From the NCBI GenBank assembly GCA_028534125.1, contig CM052816.1:11410001-11474000 (forward strand): a stretch of 64,000 nucleotides of DNA, in the 5' to 3' direction. Of this stretch, positions 1-12,970 are shown piece by piece. The notes under the pieces are model-generated. The model ran no database searches. It saw only the letters and a program-made list of their open reading frames with translations, and was not told where the DNA came from. Each line of letters starts with the position of its first letter. Within the stretch, counting starts at the first letter, position 1. Source of the DNA: Lama glama. Taxonomy: Eukaryota. A program made the position numbers and the translations under genes.

Positions 1-1270
1 CTAGGTTCTCCAGTACGTTCCATTGGTTTAATAGAATCCCTATGCTAAATCCATGCCATCTTAATTGCTATCGCTTTAAAATAAAATTTGGTATCTGATT
101 GGGTATGACCAACTCTTCACCCCAACGAAATTCCATCTTCTTTTTTCAAAGTACCTTTGCTATTGGCTTTTTGTCCTTCTATTTGAATTTTAGAATTTTA
201 GAATCATCTTTTGCATTCCAAACAAACAACTCATTGGGATTTGAATTTATAAATAAATTGGAGGGAGAATCAACATCTTTAAGACGTTGAGTCTTCCAAC
301 CCAAGAGTGTGACATAATTCTTCATTTATCTTAAGTCTTCTTTAACATCTTTTGATAAAGTTTTATACATTTTCTCCATAAAAGGCTTTGCCTGTCTTTT
401 GCTGGATTTTGAAAAATTGAGTTGCTATTGTAAATGCTATCTTTTTTAAAAAATTATTTTTCTGTTTGTTTTCTTTTTATTTATTTATTTATTTTGTTTG
501 TTTTTCTTTTTAGAATACAGAAATGCAATTAACTTTCTTGTACTGATTGTATGCAGTAACATGGCTAAATTCTTATTTATTCCTACTACATTACATTTTC
601 CTAGATTCTTTTGAGTGCTCCAACAGACAACATTATCTGCAAATAATAACAACTGTGCTTCTTCCTTTCAAATACTTAGTCTTTTACTTCTTTTTCCTAT
701 TTTTCCATACTGGCAAGGTGCTCTGGGAGGGACAGAGTTGAGCAGAAACATACCAAACATTTTATTCTTTTTCCTAATCTTAAGGGGAATGTCTTTAACA
801 TTTTACCATTAAGTGTGATGTTTGCTGTAGATTTTATTAGACTTATTTAGATTTTATTAGATTATGTAGATTTTGTTAGATTTAGATACCATTTATCATG
901 TTAAGGAAGTTCCCTTTTACTCTTAGTTTGATAAGATTCACTATGTGCAGTGAATGAACATAGGATTTTATCAACCTTTTTTTCTAAAGCTATTGAAAAG
1001 ATAGCTTTTTTCCCTTAATTTGTTAATGTGATAGATTATGCCAGGTAATTTCATAATGTTCAGCTGAACTTTCAATCTCAGGAAAACCCCAACTTAATCA
1101 CAATGTATTCTATCTTCATACAGTTTTGGATTTGGTTTGCTAACAGGTACTGGAGGGCTTTTGCATCTATGCCTGTAAGTGAGGTAGAACTCAAAGTTTC
1201 CTTTCTTATGTTGTTGTTTTCTGGGTTTTGATTAAGAATATCTGAGTCTCATGAAATGAGCTGGTGGGGA
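1..1270 (-). mobile_element. Old L1 (L1M-type) ORF2 fragment, degraded
   Basis: T-rich antisense L1 ORF2 phrases (gtcttccaacccaaga, ttaaggaagttcccttt, ttttgcatctatg); no intact ORF. Confidence 0.7.
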
Positions 1271-1460
1271 TGTCTGAACTGAGTTTGAAATTTGGCACTG
1301 TAACCGACTCTGTGAGGCTCAGACTTAATTCCTCTGAGCCTTAGTTTCTTCATCTATAAAAGGGAGCAATAATAGTAGCTACCTCATAGAGTTCTTGTGA
1401 AAATTTGATCAGAACTTGCATGCAAAGTACTTTGCTCATGTAAATACCCAATAAATTGTA
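1270..1460 (+). mobile_element. MIR SINE
   Basis: Core ctctgagccttagtttctcatctataaaa...tacctcatagagttcttgtga. Confidence 0.75.
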
Positions 1461-4254
1461 ACACTGAGATGGGGGACAAAGCAGATGTGTGAGTAGAAGA
1501 GGCAGAAGGTAGGACCTTCTTAATGAAACTGGACTTAAGAAGGAAATATTCATTCTCTGGAACACCAGGGCCAACCTCAAGAGTCCAGATGCCCTTTCAC
1601 AAAGACCCAGTGAGGGGTGACTACCCCTGTGTTGGGGACATGTATTCAGGAATCTCTTTCCTGACTCGGGACTGGGCTATTCTCATGCACCCTGAGCTTC
1701 CAGCGGAGGGTGAGGTCTGACACCTCTCTAGCTCTGCTCTGCATTGGCTTCTTGGGAAAATGTAGAAAAAAAAAAACAAACCCAAAACCCACGTCAAAAG
1801 AGAAAGTCAAAATCCTTTTCTTAAAACTGGGCCCTCTGATTGGGCAAAGAGTGTTCCCACCTGGCCCCTCACCTCCTTCTTCCCTTTTCAGTCTCATGCT
1901 CTCCTGAGCCCAACAGCCTGCTGGCTTCAGGGCAGGATTTTAGTCCCGAAGCAGAGTCTGATGGCTGAGGGCTATTAGTGCTTTTTGAAATGCCAGGGCA
2001 TACCAGAACCTTAATTATAACCCTTACCCTCCTAGTCATAACAGTCCATCTGAAGGAGTAACTGCTTGACAATAATGATAATTAAATCCTCTCACTGGAC
2101 TTCATGAGAGACCATAAAAATCTGAACAAGTAAAGTTCTCTTAAGTCTGCTGTGGGTCTTCTCATGGCATTTATTCACAGAAGATGCTTGTCGCGCATCT
2201 CCTGAGTACCAGGCACTGTGCTAGGTCCTGGGGACTGATGCCAAAGGCCACTGCTCACCAGGATAGCACAGACTGCAAGAAATCTTCTGTCCACCCTACG
2301 CCAGGGTCCTGCCCTCACATCTTCTGGATAAGAGCATCCCAGAGAAAAGCTGTTTCTGAACATCTACAAGTTAAGTGCTCTGCTGGCCTCTGAAACAGAC
2401 TCCTCGTCTTAGAAAGTGGTTGTTTATGGTGGAGGGAGTAGGGCTGAGACTTGGAAAAGGGCCCCACAGGGAGAGTGGGATGGAAAAGTAGCAGACCAGA
2501 ACCAGTCAAGACACACAATGGCATAATCGTTAAAAACCTGGGTTCTGGATTCAGATTTCCTAGGTATGTCTCCCCACTTTATTATTCTTTCACCATGTGA
2601 CCCCAGGGAAGCTGTTTCACGTGCCTGGTCCTAAATTCCTTCATCTGTTTTAGGTGAGGTTTGATAAGTTTTTCTCTAAGGACAGTCAATTTTTATAGGT
2701 CTGTGGGTTTCACTTTGGGGATATAGCTGGAGGACATAATGCAAGCAGGACTTGAAGCATGACCTTCTAAAGAAGGTCATGAGCCCAGAAATCATTTGAC
2801 AACGTCAAGTTCACGTGGCATCTTCAGAAAGCTAATTTCTTGCCATGTATCTGTTGTCTCATTATTTTTAAAATTTCTTGAAGGATATCATAGCAACTAC
2901 AATGGACGTTTTTAAAAAGAGAAACAAGATAATCACTCACTGCCCCTCCACGTTATCAAAACGGTTGTCTTTGCTCCTTTTGAGTTATTAAGTCCTCTTA
3001 ATAAATGAAGGATTTACAATCTTAGAAACTGTGGCATCTGGAGGCCTCAGGATCCCCCAGATCACCGCCTGGTATCTTTTTTCTTGACAAGTCTGCCTCC
3101 CTCTTCTGGATTGTTGTTACAGGAGACCCTTGGGAAACACCCCACCCAGAGGCAGAGATCTCTGATGTGGCTGGTCACCTAATAATTCTTCCTTTTCCTG
3201 GGGTTGACAGGACGTGGCTGTCAAGTCCACTGAGATCCAGGGGTCGTTTCTAGGGACAGCCTCAGGGATATAAGCGAGTGAAAAGAACGGAGAGTGACGT
3301 GCCCAAAGCCAGGGCTCACAGCCCCTTTCTGGATAGCGTGCTTGCTGGCTTTACAAGGTGGTGCAGAAGTCAGGAGAAGCGTGTCCACTACTGCCTCAAA
3401 TTAGACTTCAACAGTTTTGAATGCCCGCCCCGAGGGCTCAGTCTGTGGTGCCTGAAGGCCAGACTGCCCCTGGAGCAAGCACTCTACTGTTTTCTCCTGA
3501 CACTGAGTGAACCACACCAGCTTGGGACCGCAGCTGCATCTCACCTTTCAGGGCGCTGCATTGGATAGGAAATAATGGGAGAGTACGTTTCAGGGAATCT
3601 GTTTCCAGGTGTCAGGATATTTTCATCTCAATGTGCTCAGAAGGAGTAAAACCATGGACTTGCATTAAGCAGGAGGAGATCCCAATTTCTGGCCCATCCT
3701 CAGAACACCCTTAAACTTACTATTTGTTTTCCCAGAGTTTAGCACAGTAGCTCAGCACTCAGCACATGTCTGCTGAGTCTGCTTTCAGGAAGGTCAGTGG
3801 CTAAACCATATGGGACAGATGTGAAGGGACTGTCCTTCTCCCAATTCTGTCTTCCGCTGGCGTTAGGAATTTGTTGACACCCAACGACCGAGGTATATTG
3901 CAGAGGGGGGGCAGTTTACTTTTTGTTCTTTACCTTCTCTTGCTGTCCCCTAAGCTCAGCCTCTTCTCCTAACCAGCAGTTTCCCGCAAACTCTGGGTGT
4001 CATTTTTCTGAACACTCTGGGTCATGGATTTTAACTAGCAGAACTCCTGGAACATTGGAGGGCCATGATTTGAGAGTGAATGTCTGATGCCTTTCCGTTG
4101 ACAAGTGTTCTGAGTGTTCCCAGCCTTGAGTGAGGCAATACGAGGATGGGGTTGAAAGGGAGGCATGGTCTCTGTCTCTTCGGAGTGTATCGTCTCACTG
4201 GGGTCAGATGGGGGACACCAGAACAGACTTCAGAAATCACAAGCACCGCAAAGG

Positions 4255-4475
4255 CTAATATTACAGAATGCCTGCTGGGAACCACCCGTTCCTAAGTACC
4301 CTTTTAATCTTCACAACAAACCAAAGGGCTAAATACTATTATTATCATCACCATTCCCATTTGACAGATGAGAAAGGCAAAGCAATACCTATTAAAGTAA
4401 TCTGCCCAAGGCCATAGAGCCAGCCAGTAAGCAGAGCTGGGATCCAAACCTAAACACCGTGACTGAGAGCCGGCA
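4255..4475 (-). mobile_element. MIR SINE
   Basis: cccatttgacagatgagaaa...aagtaatctgcccaaggcca...gagctgggatccaaacc. Confidence 0.7.
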
Positions 4476-5940
4476 TCTCCGCGATCCCTACAGTATGCAA
4501 AGCAGCGCGTGCGCTTCGGAGGCTTGAGAGGCTCAGGCTGCCAGGGCCGCAGGGGTCCCAGGGCGCAGGAGTCCCTGAGGGCTGGGGCCCTCAGACAAGC
4601 CCTCTGTGGCTCTCTGGACCTCATTTGCTGGGCTGACCCGGGCAAGTATGCCCCGTTTCTGGCACCCCTGCGTAGACGCCTGGGAAGAGATTGCCTAGTC
4701 CTTTCTCTGCCGGGGTTTCAGGGCGCACTTCCAGGGCTTTCCTAAGGCACAGGCAGCGGGACGTCAGGCTGGGCTTTGGCTCCTTCAGCAAAGCCTGAGG
4801 GAGAGGGCTGGCTGCATTTGGATAGTCACTGCTGATGCTCAGGTGGCTGCTGGCCACAACAGGGATGCCGACACACCCAGTGTCACTTTACCCTGATCAT
4901 GGGCCAGGCGGAATGGCTGTCCCTTATGTAACAGGCAAAGTTTTTCTTTGAGTTGTGGTCAGGGGACTGAGGTTCATATTAACTATACATGAACCTTGAA
5001 GAATCTGAAGCCCCCTCCCCTTGGCTTCAGAACTCCAGTATATGAGAGCTGGAAGGGACCCTGAAGATAGTCTGACTTAATGTCCTGAGCCTCCAAGAGG
5101 GAAGATGGCATGCTCAAGGTCACCCGTGGGGTTTGGCGGCAGAGTCAGGTCAGGTCCCCACTGGGAGAGGGGCTCATGTCCTGGTAGCTGGTTCAAGCAG
5201 TTGGTGTACATGACTTGTTTCCCAGACTAAGTCACTCATATTCAACAGATATTTATTGAGATTTCCACGTGCCTGGCTCTGTCCTCATGGAGTTTATATT
5301 CTAGAGAGGGAGAAGGCGAGGTAATAAACACACAAAATAGAAAGTAAGGAGAGAGACTGAAAAAAAAAAACCAGAGTAACTGGGCAGTGGAGGTGGGGAG
5401 GGGGCTTTGCATAGGGTGGTTTTGATTCCATGTCTTCCTACCTGGCTGGGAGGATGCTGGCCATGAATTTGGTCCAAACCAACATGTTGCCCATTCTGTA
5501 CACCTGGAAATTGTGCCTTTGAGGGGCTCTTGGCTTTGGGGTTCGGTCCTGTTCACCCACAGTGCATGGAAGGGATGGGGCTGAGGACGCAGGCGCTGAA
5601 GGCATATTTTTTCCATATATGGGAGGCCATCGGCGCGGAGGCAGGCTGTCTGGCCTCACGCCCAGGGTGCAGGTGTTTCTGTCCTCTGGGCACACCCTCA
5701 GCAAGGGAGGGGGTTGATTAAGAGCAAAATCCCCAGGCTGGCAGGGTGTGAGCTAGCAAGGCAGAATGACAAGACCAGCAGAGCTGGGCAGTGACGCCCT
5801 TTGTCTCCTTTCTGTGTCTCTTGCAGAGGTGCCACTGCCCGCCTTCACTGGCTCACCCGCCTCACAGATCCACCCCCTCCTTCACTACTGATTTCTCTGT
5901 TCACTTTCTCCCTCTGACAAGCATTCACATCTCCTTTCTT

Positions 5941-6023
5941 CCTTTTTAAAATGGAGATTTAATGGGGATTGAACCCATGACCTCGTGCAAGCTAAGCACA
6001 CACTCTACCACTGAGCTCCCCCC
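5941..6023 (-). mobile_element. tRNA-derived SINE (camelid Vic-1-like), short form
   Basis: Minus-strand A box (agctcagtgg) and B box (ggttcaatccc). 16-bp TSD tcac(a/g)tctcctttctt at 5925-5940 and 6024-6039. Confidence 0.85.
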
Positions 6024-6480
6024 TCACGTCTCCTTTCTTTCATCAAACCCCTCGATCACTGAATCGTCCGTGAATTCAGACATTTCTTCAGCTGGTGCTT
6101 ATGCTTATTGGCTGATAGACACTGTTTCATTCACTTCTTCGCTCACACATCAGCTAACCTTCACCAAACATTTCCCCACGCCAGGCTCAGTGAGGGTTAC
6201 CCTGGAGGGGTCAGGAGGCACCAGCTACCTTACTGAGAAGGAGTGAAGGGTAAGAAGGCGGAATTTGGGTAAATTCCAAAACAAGGTGTGATGTGACACA
6301 CGTGCACCTGGAGGCTGAGATGAAAGGGGGGGGAGGTTCCAGCTGGTGCCTCTTCCCTGCCAGGCTGCAAGTGACCAGATACACGCGTTCTCACAAAGGC
6401 ACTGAGGACCTCAGAAGTTGCGAGACCAGCAGGTACTTGCATTTTCAAAGAAGACAGAGAGAGAGGGCAAGGTTCTCACC

Positions 6481-6808
6481 CATGGGCTGGCAGACTTTTT
6501 CTGCAAAGGATCAGACAGTAAATATTTCAGGTTTGGTGGGACACACCATCTCTATCCAACTCAATGCTGCTGCTATGTGTGTGAAAGCGGCTGTGGATAA
6601 CAGAAAAAATGAGCCTGGCTCTGTGCTGACCAGACTTTAATTCTGGATGCTGAAAATGGAGTTTCATGTCATGCTTACATGTCATGGAATGTTCTTCTTT
6701 TGGTCCCTCCCCCAACCAATCAAAACTGGAAAAACCTTCGTAGTTTGTGTGCTGTTCAAAACCAGGCTACGGCCACATCTGGCCGCTGAGCTGTAGTTTG
6801 CCAATTGT
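6481..6808. mobile_element. hAT-Charlie MITE, MER58B-like
   Basis: Ends catgggctggcagact...gtagtttgccaa; internal gtaaatatttcagg and gaaaatggagtttcatgtcat. Confidence 0.7.
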
Positions 6809-6987
6809 TTTTCAGCTCCAAATAAAATAAGTGAATGCTGGATAATTTCCAGGTGCCAATAGTGGAAATAGTTGGGGATAAAGAGTTCTTCCCCTGATGA
6901 CTGCTTTCTCTGCTCACATAGAGAGATGAGGGCCCAGCGAGGGCCTAACCCCAGTTGTAAGGAATATGACTTTGAAAATACAGGATA

Positions 6988-7101
6988 TTTCATGAAAAAG
7001 AATATGAAAATGAATATATGTATGTACATATATGACTGGGACATTGTGCTATACACCAGAAATTGACACATTGTAACTGACTATACTTCAATTAAAAAAA
7101 C
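6988..7101 (+). mobile_element. 5'-truncated young L1 3' end
   Basis: gaaaaagaatatgaaaatgaatatatg...gactatacttcaattaaaaaaa, homologous to 28775-28880; TSD atacaggata at 6978-6987 and 7102-7111. Confidence 0.85.
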
Positions 7102-8214
7102 ATACAGGATAGACTTTCTCCAATACGATTCACGTCCTGCCTGTTTGAAATGGATGCAGGAAAATGATGAAAATCATGAACTCTCTCTGACCTGGTGCCT
7201 GCTGCTTCAGATACGTCCAGAGTTTGTCACCCTGGTGCTCGCACATAACGGGGTTCAGTGAATCTTTATTGAATGGCTGGCTGGCTGGCACGTGGTGGGC
7301 CGTGAAGGCAGCCAACCTTCTCCCATCATTGCCAGCTCAGGTCAAGGCCAAGGCCAAGGCTGCAGGCAGAGCACAAGAGCTCAGTTAGGCAGCTTGAACT
7401 GCACCCGGCAAGAGGGAAGGACTCGTATGCATTCCTAACTCTGCCCTCTGTGTCCTCAGAGTTGCCCGAGACTCAGCTGTGAGAAAGCACCTTTTCCCTA
7501 GCCAAGTGTCTGGAAACAGTCAAAGTGGTGTTTGCTGTGTTTTCTGCACGTGTAAGCAGGTTTTATTATGCATCCAGTTGTGCAATTTTTCACCCGGGCT
7601 TGATTGTTTTGGAGTGGGGAGAGAGGGAGAAGGATGGATATTGTATCTCCTGAAGCTTGTGCTTTGAAATACAATGAGCTTTTTTTTTTTTTTAATGAGA
7701 GAAAAAAAAATGGCTCTTTGCCTTGGAAGTTTCTGTTTCCTTCTCTTTTTTGAGAACATTATTACTTGCCGAAACTAAAATTCCTCAAGCATTAACAAAG
7801 GCTTGTGTTAGGGGCTTATATCTTGTTTTTCCATGAGAACAATTTGTTAAGAAGGTGTCCCTGGCGCCCTCTGTAGAAACCCTCCGCTATGGAGAGGACC
7901 TGGTTTTCAGCTCATGCCTTGAGAAAGCACCTAATTTGCTGAACAAACCCAGATGTACCCTAGTCCAGTGTAGCCCCCAGATAACACCAGCCTGGATGAT
8001 ACAGACTCACTAAATCTTGGATTATGAGCCTGTACACGGATGGCAAACACGTGGCCATGGGCCCCCTTTTCCTACTCCTGGGCCCATGACGGACGTTGCT
8101 AGTCAGTCCCATCACTCCTTCCCACTGAGCCTGGCTGCTGCCCCCAAATTACTCCTAAACTCTTGCTGTGAACTATCAAGTCAGCCTATGAGAAGCCCCA
8201 CTCCTGCCACTTGG

Positions 8215-8425
8215 GTGGAGAGAGAGTGTGGGCTTGGAAGAGAGTCAAACTCGGGTTCTAACCCAAATCCTGGATTGCACTTGCTGAGTAACGTTGAGCT
8301 AGTGACTTAGCCTCTCTGGGTCACCATTCCTCCATCTAACATGGAAATAATAACATCTATTCACAGTACTCACAGAGGCTGGTTTGTATGTAAGACCTGG
8401 CATGGGGCCAGGCACCTGCTACCCT
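8215..8425 (+). mobile_element. MIR SINE
   Basis: gggttctaacccaaatcctgg...agtgacttagcctctctggg...ggaaataataacatct. Confidence 0.6.
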
Positions 8426-8746
8426 TGTCACAACATTAGCTCCTTTCCCTTCGAGCCGAGCAGAGTGGAAAGTGGACCTGTTCCAACAATCCAGTCAATA
8501 CGTGGGTGCCTTCAGTTTCTCCAGCCCGGGCACGTCTCTGTTGGCACATTTCCAGTGACAGCACTGACAAGTCTAGCTGTCCCACCTTTGGAAAGTTCTG
8601 GTTTTCTCCAAAGCCCTTATATTCTAAGATGTGTTTGGGAAGAAGGGTCTGCTATTCAGAAAAGGCGTTTGCCTTGCACACTTGTTATGTTAGCTGCCAT
8701 TTATTCTGCATTTACTGTGCACCAGGCCCTTTGCTATTTACTTCAT

Positions 8747-8935
8747 TGGCGGTTCCCAGCTGGGGCCGATTTTGACCCCGGGGGACGTTTGACAACGTCT
8801 GATGGGGGATGCTCCTGGTATCTAGTGGGTGGAGGTCAGGGATGCTGTGAAACACCCTACATGCATAGGACAGTCCACCCAAGAAAGAATTACCTGACCC
8901 CAAATGCCTGCAGTGCTAAGGTTGCAAAATCCTTC
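8747..8935. mobile_element. hAT-Charlie MITE, MER20-like (inserted in a MIR remnant)
   Basis: ggggccgattttgacccc...tctagtgggtggaggtcagggatgctg...aagaattacctgaccccaaatg...gctaaggttg. Confidence 0.8.
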
Positions 8936-9619
8936 TGCATGTGAATATCTCATTCAGTTCCTGACCAGTCTCTGTGAAAGATGCTGTCACTGAGTCCTTG
9001 CAAGTCTTAGCCTTGTAACATTAAGGAATGTCTGTGCCCCTCACGTTTCTCTCTGCCACCCTCCTTGTCCCTGTCTGCTGTCCTATGCCCCTCTCTTCTC
9101 TTTTTTTTTTTATCTTGCTTCTCCTGTTCTCCCTTCTTGCTGAATTCTGAGTGTGTGCATATGCGTTGCAGGCCCCAGTGGCCTCGGGAACAGTGACCCT
9201 TGCTCCTGGCTCCCAGAGCTAAAGAGTCTGTGTTAAGATGTCTGAGGCAAAAGCTGGGCCGCTCCCTTTTCCACCCGGGCAGGGCTGGGGCTCCTGAGTG
9301 GCTCGCCTGCCAGGATTAATTGGGCAGAATAATGATGTAAAGTTTAACCTCTCGCTGGAGAAATGCTGAATCAAAGAAACAAGCTAAGCAGCAGAGTTAA
9401 TTACAGAACTTGCTTTGGTCACCAGAAACCAGAATGGTTTCTCCCCAGAGGACTTCGGGGAACTTGGGTAGGGCTAGGAGCCAATGACTGCAGGCCTCGT
9501 GGTGCCCCCAAGTGCTGGTGTTTACTGGTGCAACTTGGGTCTAAAGGGAACTGGGCTGCCAGGGCTGAGGAGAGGAGCATGCGGGCACCCCCCTTCACCT
9601 CCTTTTACCACCTGGCTGA

Positions 9620-9890
9620 CTTCTGTTAACCTTCAGATCTCCACCTGAAGGTCACCTCCTCCAGGCAGGCTTCCCTGACCTCCCTCAGACTCCCTTCATT
9701 CCCATCCTTCAACCTCACGGCACTTTGCACACCTATAATCTTGTAATCAGGTATTTGTAACACTTTGTTCGGTTTGTCTTCCCTGCTGGTGTGGAGGTTC
9801 CATGAGTGTAGGGACTGTGTCTGCCTTGTCCCCTGTGTTGCCTGTGCTGGGTGCATGGGTGGCACCCAACAGCTCTTTGTTGGCTGCTTC
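9620..9890 (+). mobile_element. L2 3' end
   Basis: ttcagatctc...gtcacctcctccaggcaggcttccctgacc...gttccatgagtgtagggactgtgtctg. Confidence 0.65.
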
Positions 9891-10339
9891 ACTGGTGGGC
9901 CATGAGGGGCTTGGGCAACTAACTATACCAGGTGAGGATGCAACTTACAGAGAAAGCTGTGCAAACAGAAAATAGTGGACAGACAGCCCTGCCTGGTCTC
10001 CACCCTGGCGTCCTCCTTTGTCCAAAGTCTTTCTTCTTGGCTTCCCTCCTGTGACCCCTCCTTACAGCTAAGAGTCTGAGCTGAGCAAGTACAGTTCCCC
10101 CAGGGGCCTCCTAGATAAAAGACAAAAGTCATCCTCCTTCCCTCCTTCCAGAATTGTCACTGCTTATCAGGGGAGCCCTGGGACTTTGGGAAGGCTTTGC
10201 ACTCGAAGGCAGGCTCTGACAGGTCATCCTTCCTCAGCGTGCTGCTGGCGGATGGCCCTGTCAGTGAGGCCTGTCTGCACAGGCCAGCCCTGGGGCCATG
10301 GGGAGAGGGGATGCTTTCAGATTCCTGACTTGACCCACC

Positions 10340-10620
10340 ATTAATCACAGAGTGAACATTTATAGAGCCATTTACCACTGCCAAGCCCTGGCCATTATCT
10401 CAGGTACATGCATCACCTCATTTTATCCTCCCAGCAATCTTAATGAGGTTAAAAAAAAAATACAAGGCATCACATCAGTTCCATCTTACAGATGGAAAAA
10501 CCGAGGCCCAGAGAGATTAAGTAACTTGCCCAGTGTTACACTGCTCAGTAAGAGGCAGCGTGAGAGTCCCACCCGGAGCTGGCTGACCCTAAAGCCCTTA
10601 TGTTCATCCTCTCACTACAC
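10340..10620 (-). mobile_element. MIR SINE
   Basis: ccatcttacagatggaaaaaccgaggcccagagagattaagtaacttgcccag. Confidence 0.8.
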
Positions 10621-12419
10621 TGCTTCTCCCTCAAGAAGGTCTTGAATAAGAACTCTACCTGACACCTGGTGGGGCCGAGAAAGCTCTGCAGGAGCCAGAA
10701 AGGCAACAGCACTGTTGTGTGAACGTGCGCTTCAGCAGAGGACCAGAGGAATCACAACCGTGACCATCACTCACTAAATCATAGCAACTGCTCTTCCCGC
10801 TGGTTTTACCTTCAGGGTGCGCTCTGCTAACAGAGCCACAGCATACTCTGCCCAGGGCATTCTATCATTCCGCGTAGAAAGCCAGAGCCGGGGAGGCAGA
10901 GCGCCGCCCCCAGGGCCGTGCTGTTGACGGGCGGCAGCGCACGGACCTAACTTCAGCCTGACCGGGGAGGTGACAGGCACCTGTCTCGTGCCAATAATCG
11001 TTGCTGCAACTGGGACTATGTGGCTCAAGGATGAGGCATTAAATGAGACAGTAAAAGGACTCTTTCTCCTGTCTTAAACTGCAGTTCATTTATTTTATTT
11101 TGGGGGAAGACCTTGAGTCTGTTAGGGAGATACTTTTTCTTGCCAGTTTTCTTACATGTAAAATGAGGCCAGACCACCTCCACAACTGCTAGCAGCTGTG
11201 AAAAATACATCGTAGGGAATTCAGATTGGAAGTGTCATCTAGATTTTGGCTGAAGCCAGGGGTTTTCCTCGCTCCCACAAATGATGATATATATGCTGTA
11301 TTCTGAAAGCTCTGCCTGGAGGAAAGCAGGGAAGAGAGACGGCTGCAGTTCCCTGAGTTTTAGCTCATCCTGGCAAAGACCTCGCATGGAAGGACCTACC
11401 CATTTTGCAGATGAGGACGCTGAGGCTCAATGGGTAAGTTCCTCAGTTCACCGTCAGTTATTAGGTGGCAAAGCCATGGCATGAAGCTTCACTTGACTCA
11501 GAGCCCTTCCATTTATACTCAGCTGCCTTCCTCTCAGGGGAAAAATAAGAACCACCCTGAAATCCATCAACAGCTTCCACAGGCTCCTTCGGCATTTTCA
11601 TTATTTACTTTCTGACATTCTGTGTGGTGGTAGAGATTTCTCCCTGTACCTCACGAAATCCTTCCTGTGCTGATTTATGTTCCTTTCCTCTTCCATACAT
11701 GGGAACACACAACCAGTCTATAAACCCAAGTTTGGAAAAGTAAAGCCATCTCCTGTTCCCACATCAACCCTGCAGCCCTCTCTTCTCTAGGCTGAACAGA
11801 CCCCGTCTTTTCCTCCTGGTCTTAGCCTGGCTGTGGGAGCCAGTCCTCAGGAGGGGCAGGGGAATGAACACAGGCCCGAAGGGGCCAGGAGGCGGAGGCC
11901 AGCCTGAGGGCAGAGATAAGGATGTCAACAGGGAGACTGGCACAGGCAGGCGGGAGAGATTAGCCCGGCTGGCAGTGGCCAGTGGAAAAAGGGGTGGCCG
12001 TTCAGTGATGGCAAACATGCCAGCAGAGAAGGTGGTGAGAAATGAGTCCTGTCTTTGGAACAAGGGGAATACCCTGGAACAAACAAGGGAGAGAGACAAA
12101 GAGAAACAGAGGGGTGGTGGGGGCAGCAGGGGGTGGAATATATAGTGGTTGAGGCATGAACTTTGGATTCCCCTAAGTATATGCTGAAGGCCCATGAGAT
12201 GCAGGTTTGGACATCATTGCGAAATGATTCAGGGAACACTCACAGTAGAGGATTTTACACACACTCACTTCTTAGCACGAGTCAATCTAATAGAAGCACT
12301 GCAGCTTAAAAAAAGACCAGGGGGAATGACGGATTTGGAATGTTGCCATTTTGCAACCCCAAACAAATGGTCATGAATGGCTCCTTATGGATAGTAGACA
12401 GGGGTGTGTTAATGCTGCA

Positions 12420-12970
12420 AAGATGCCACCAGTAAGATCCAGAATGTGTAAAATTCAACAGGACAGGTGACTTTTTAAAACATATCCATGACAAAAGATG
12501 AGACAGAAAGCATGAGTGTGTGAGAGGACCTGTAGAATGAAAGAAATCTAATAGACATATCGACCCAATGCATGGTGTTTACCTCAACTGGATGCCATTT
12601 AAACAAACCATCTTGTAAAAAAATTATGAGGCAAATACAGACACTTGAACACGGAATACTTACTGTTTTTAAGAAACAGTGATCCATTTTCTAGTGTATG
12701 ATATTGGGATCATGCTTATGTGAAACTCTTAGAAGAAAATGCTCACTGAAATTTTTAAAGCGATGCTGAGCTGTGCATGGACGAAATGAGATGATGTCTG
12801 AGCTTTGCTTTCAAATAACTCCATTGGGGAGCAGGTTCGTGAGTGGTGATATAACTGAAATAAGATTGGTCCATAAGTGGGTTCATTGCTGAGACTGGGT
12901 GATATGAATAGGAGGATTCATAATCTTCTCTTCACTCTTATGGATGTTTGAAATTTTCTGATAAAAAAAT
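12420..12970 (+). mobile_element. Old L1 (L1MC/ME-type) 3' region
   Basis: agacatatcgacccaatgcat...gagatgatgtctgagctttgctttcaaataa...gtttgaaattttc; resembles 47500-47920. Confidence 0.55.

Noticed and set aside
827..886. Degenerate 10-bp tagattttat repeats; also 17-bp duplication at 24390-24430 and 13-bp duplication at 47022-47047
   Set aside because: Ordinary slippage duplications; no spacer structure, nothing CRISPR-like.
8384..8944. 186-aa plus-strand ORF
   Set aside because: Runs through MIR and MER20-like sequence; non-ATG start; no domain.
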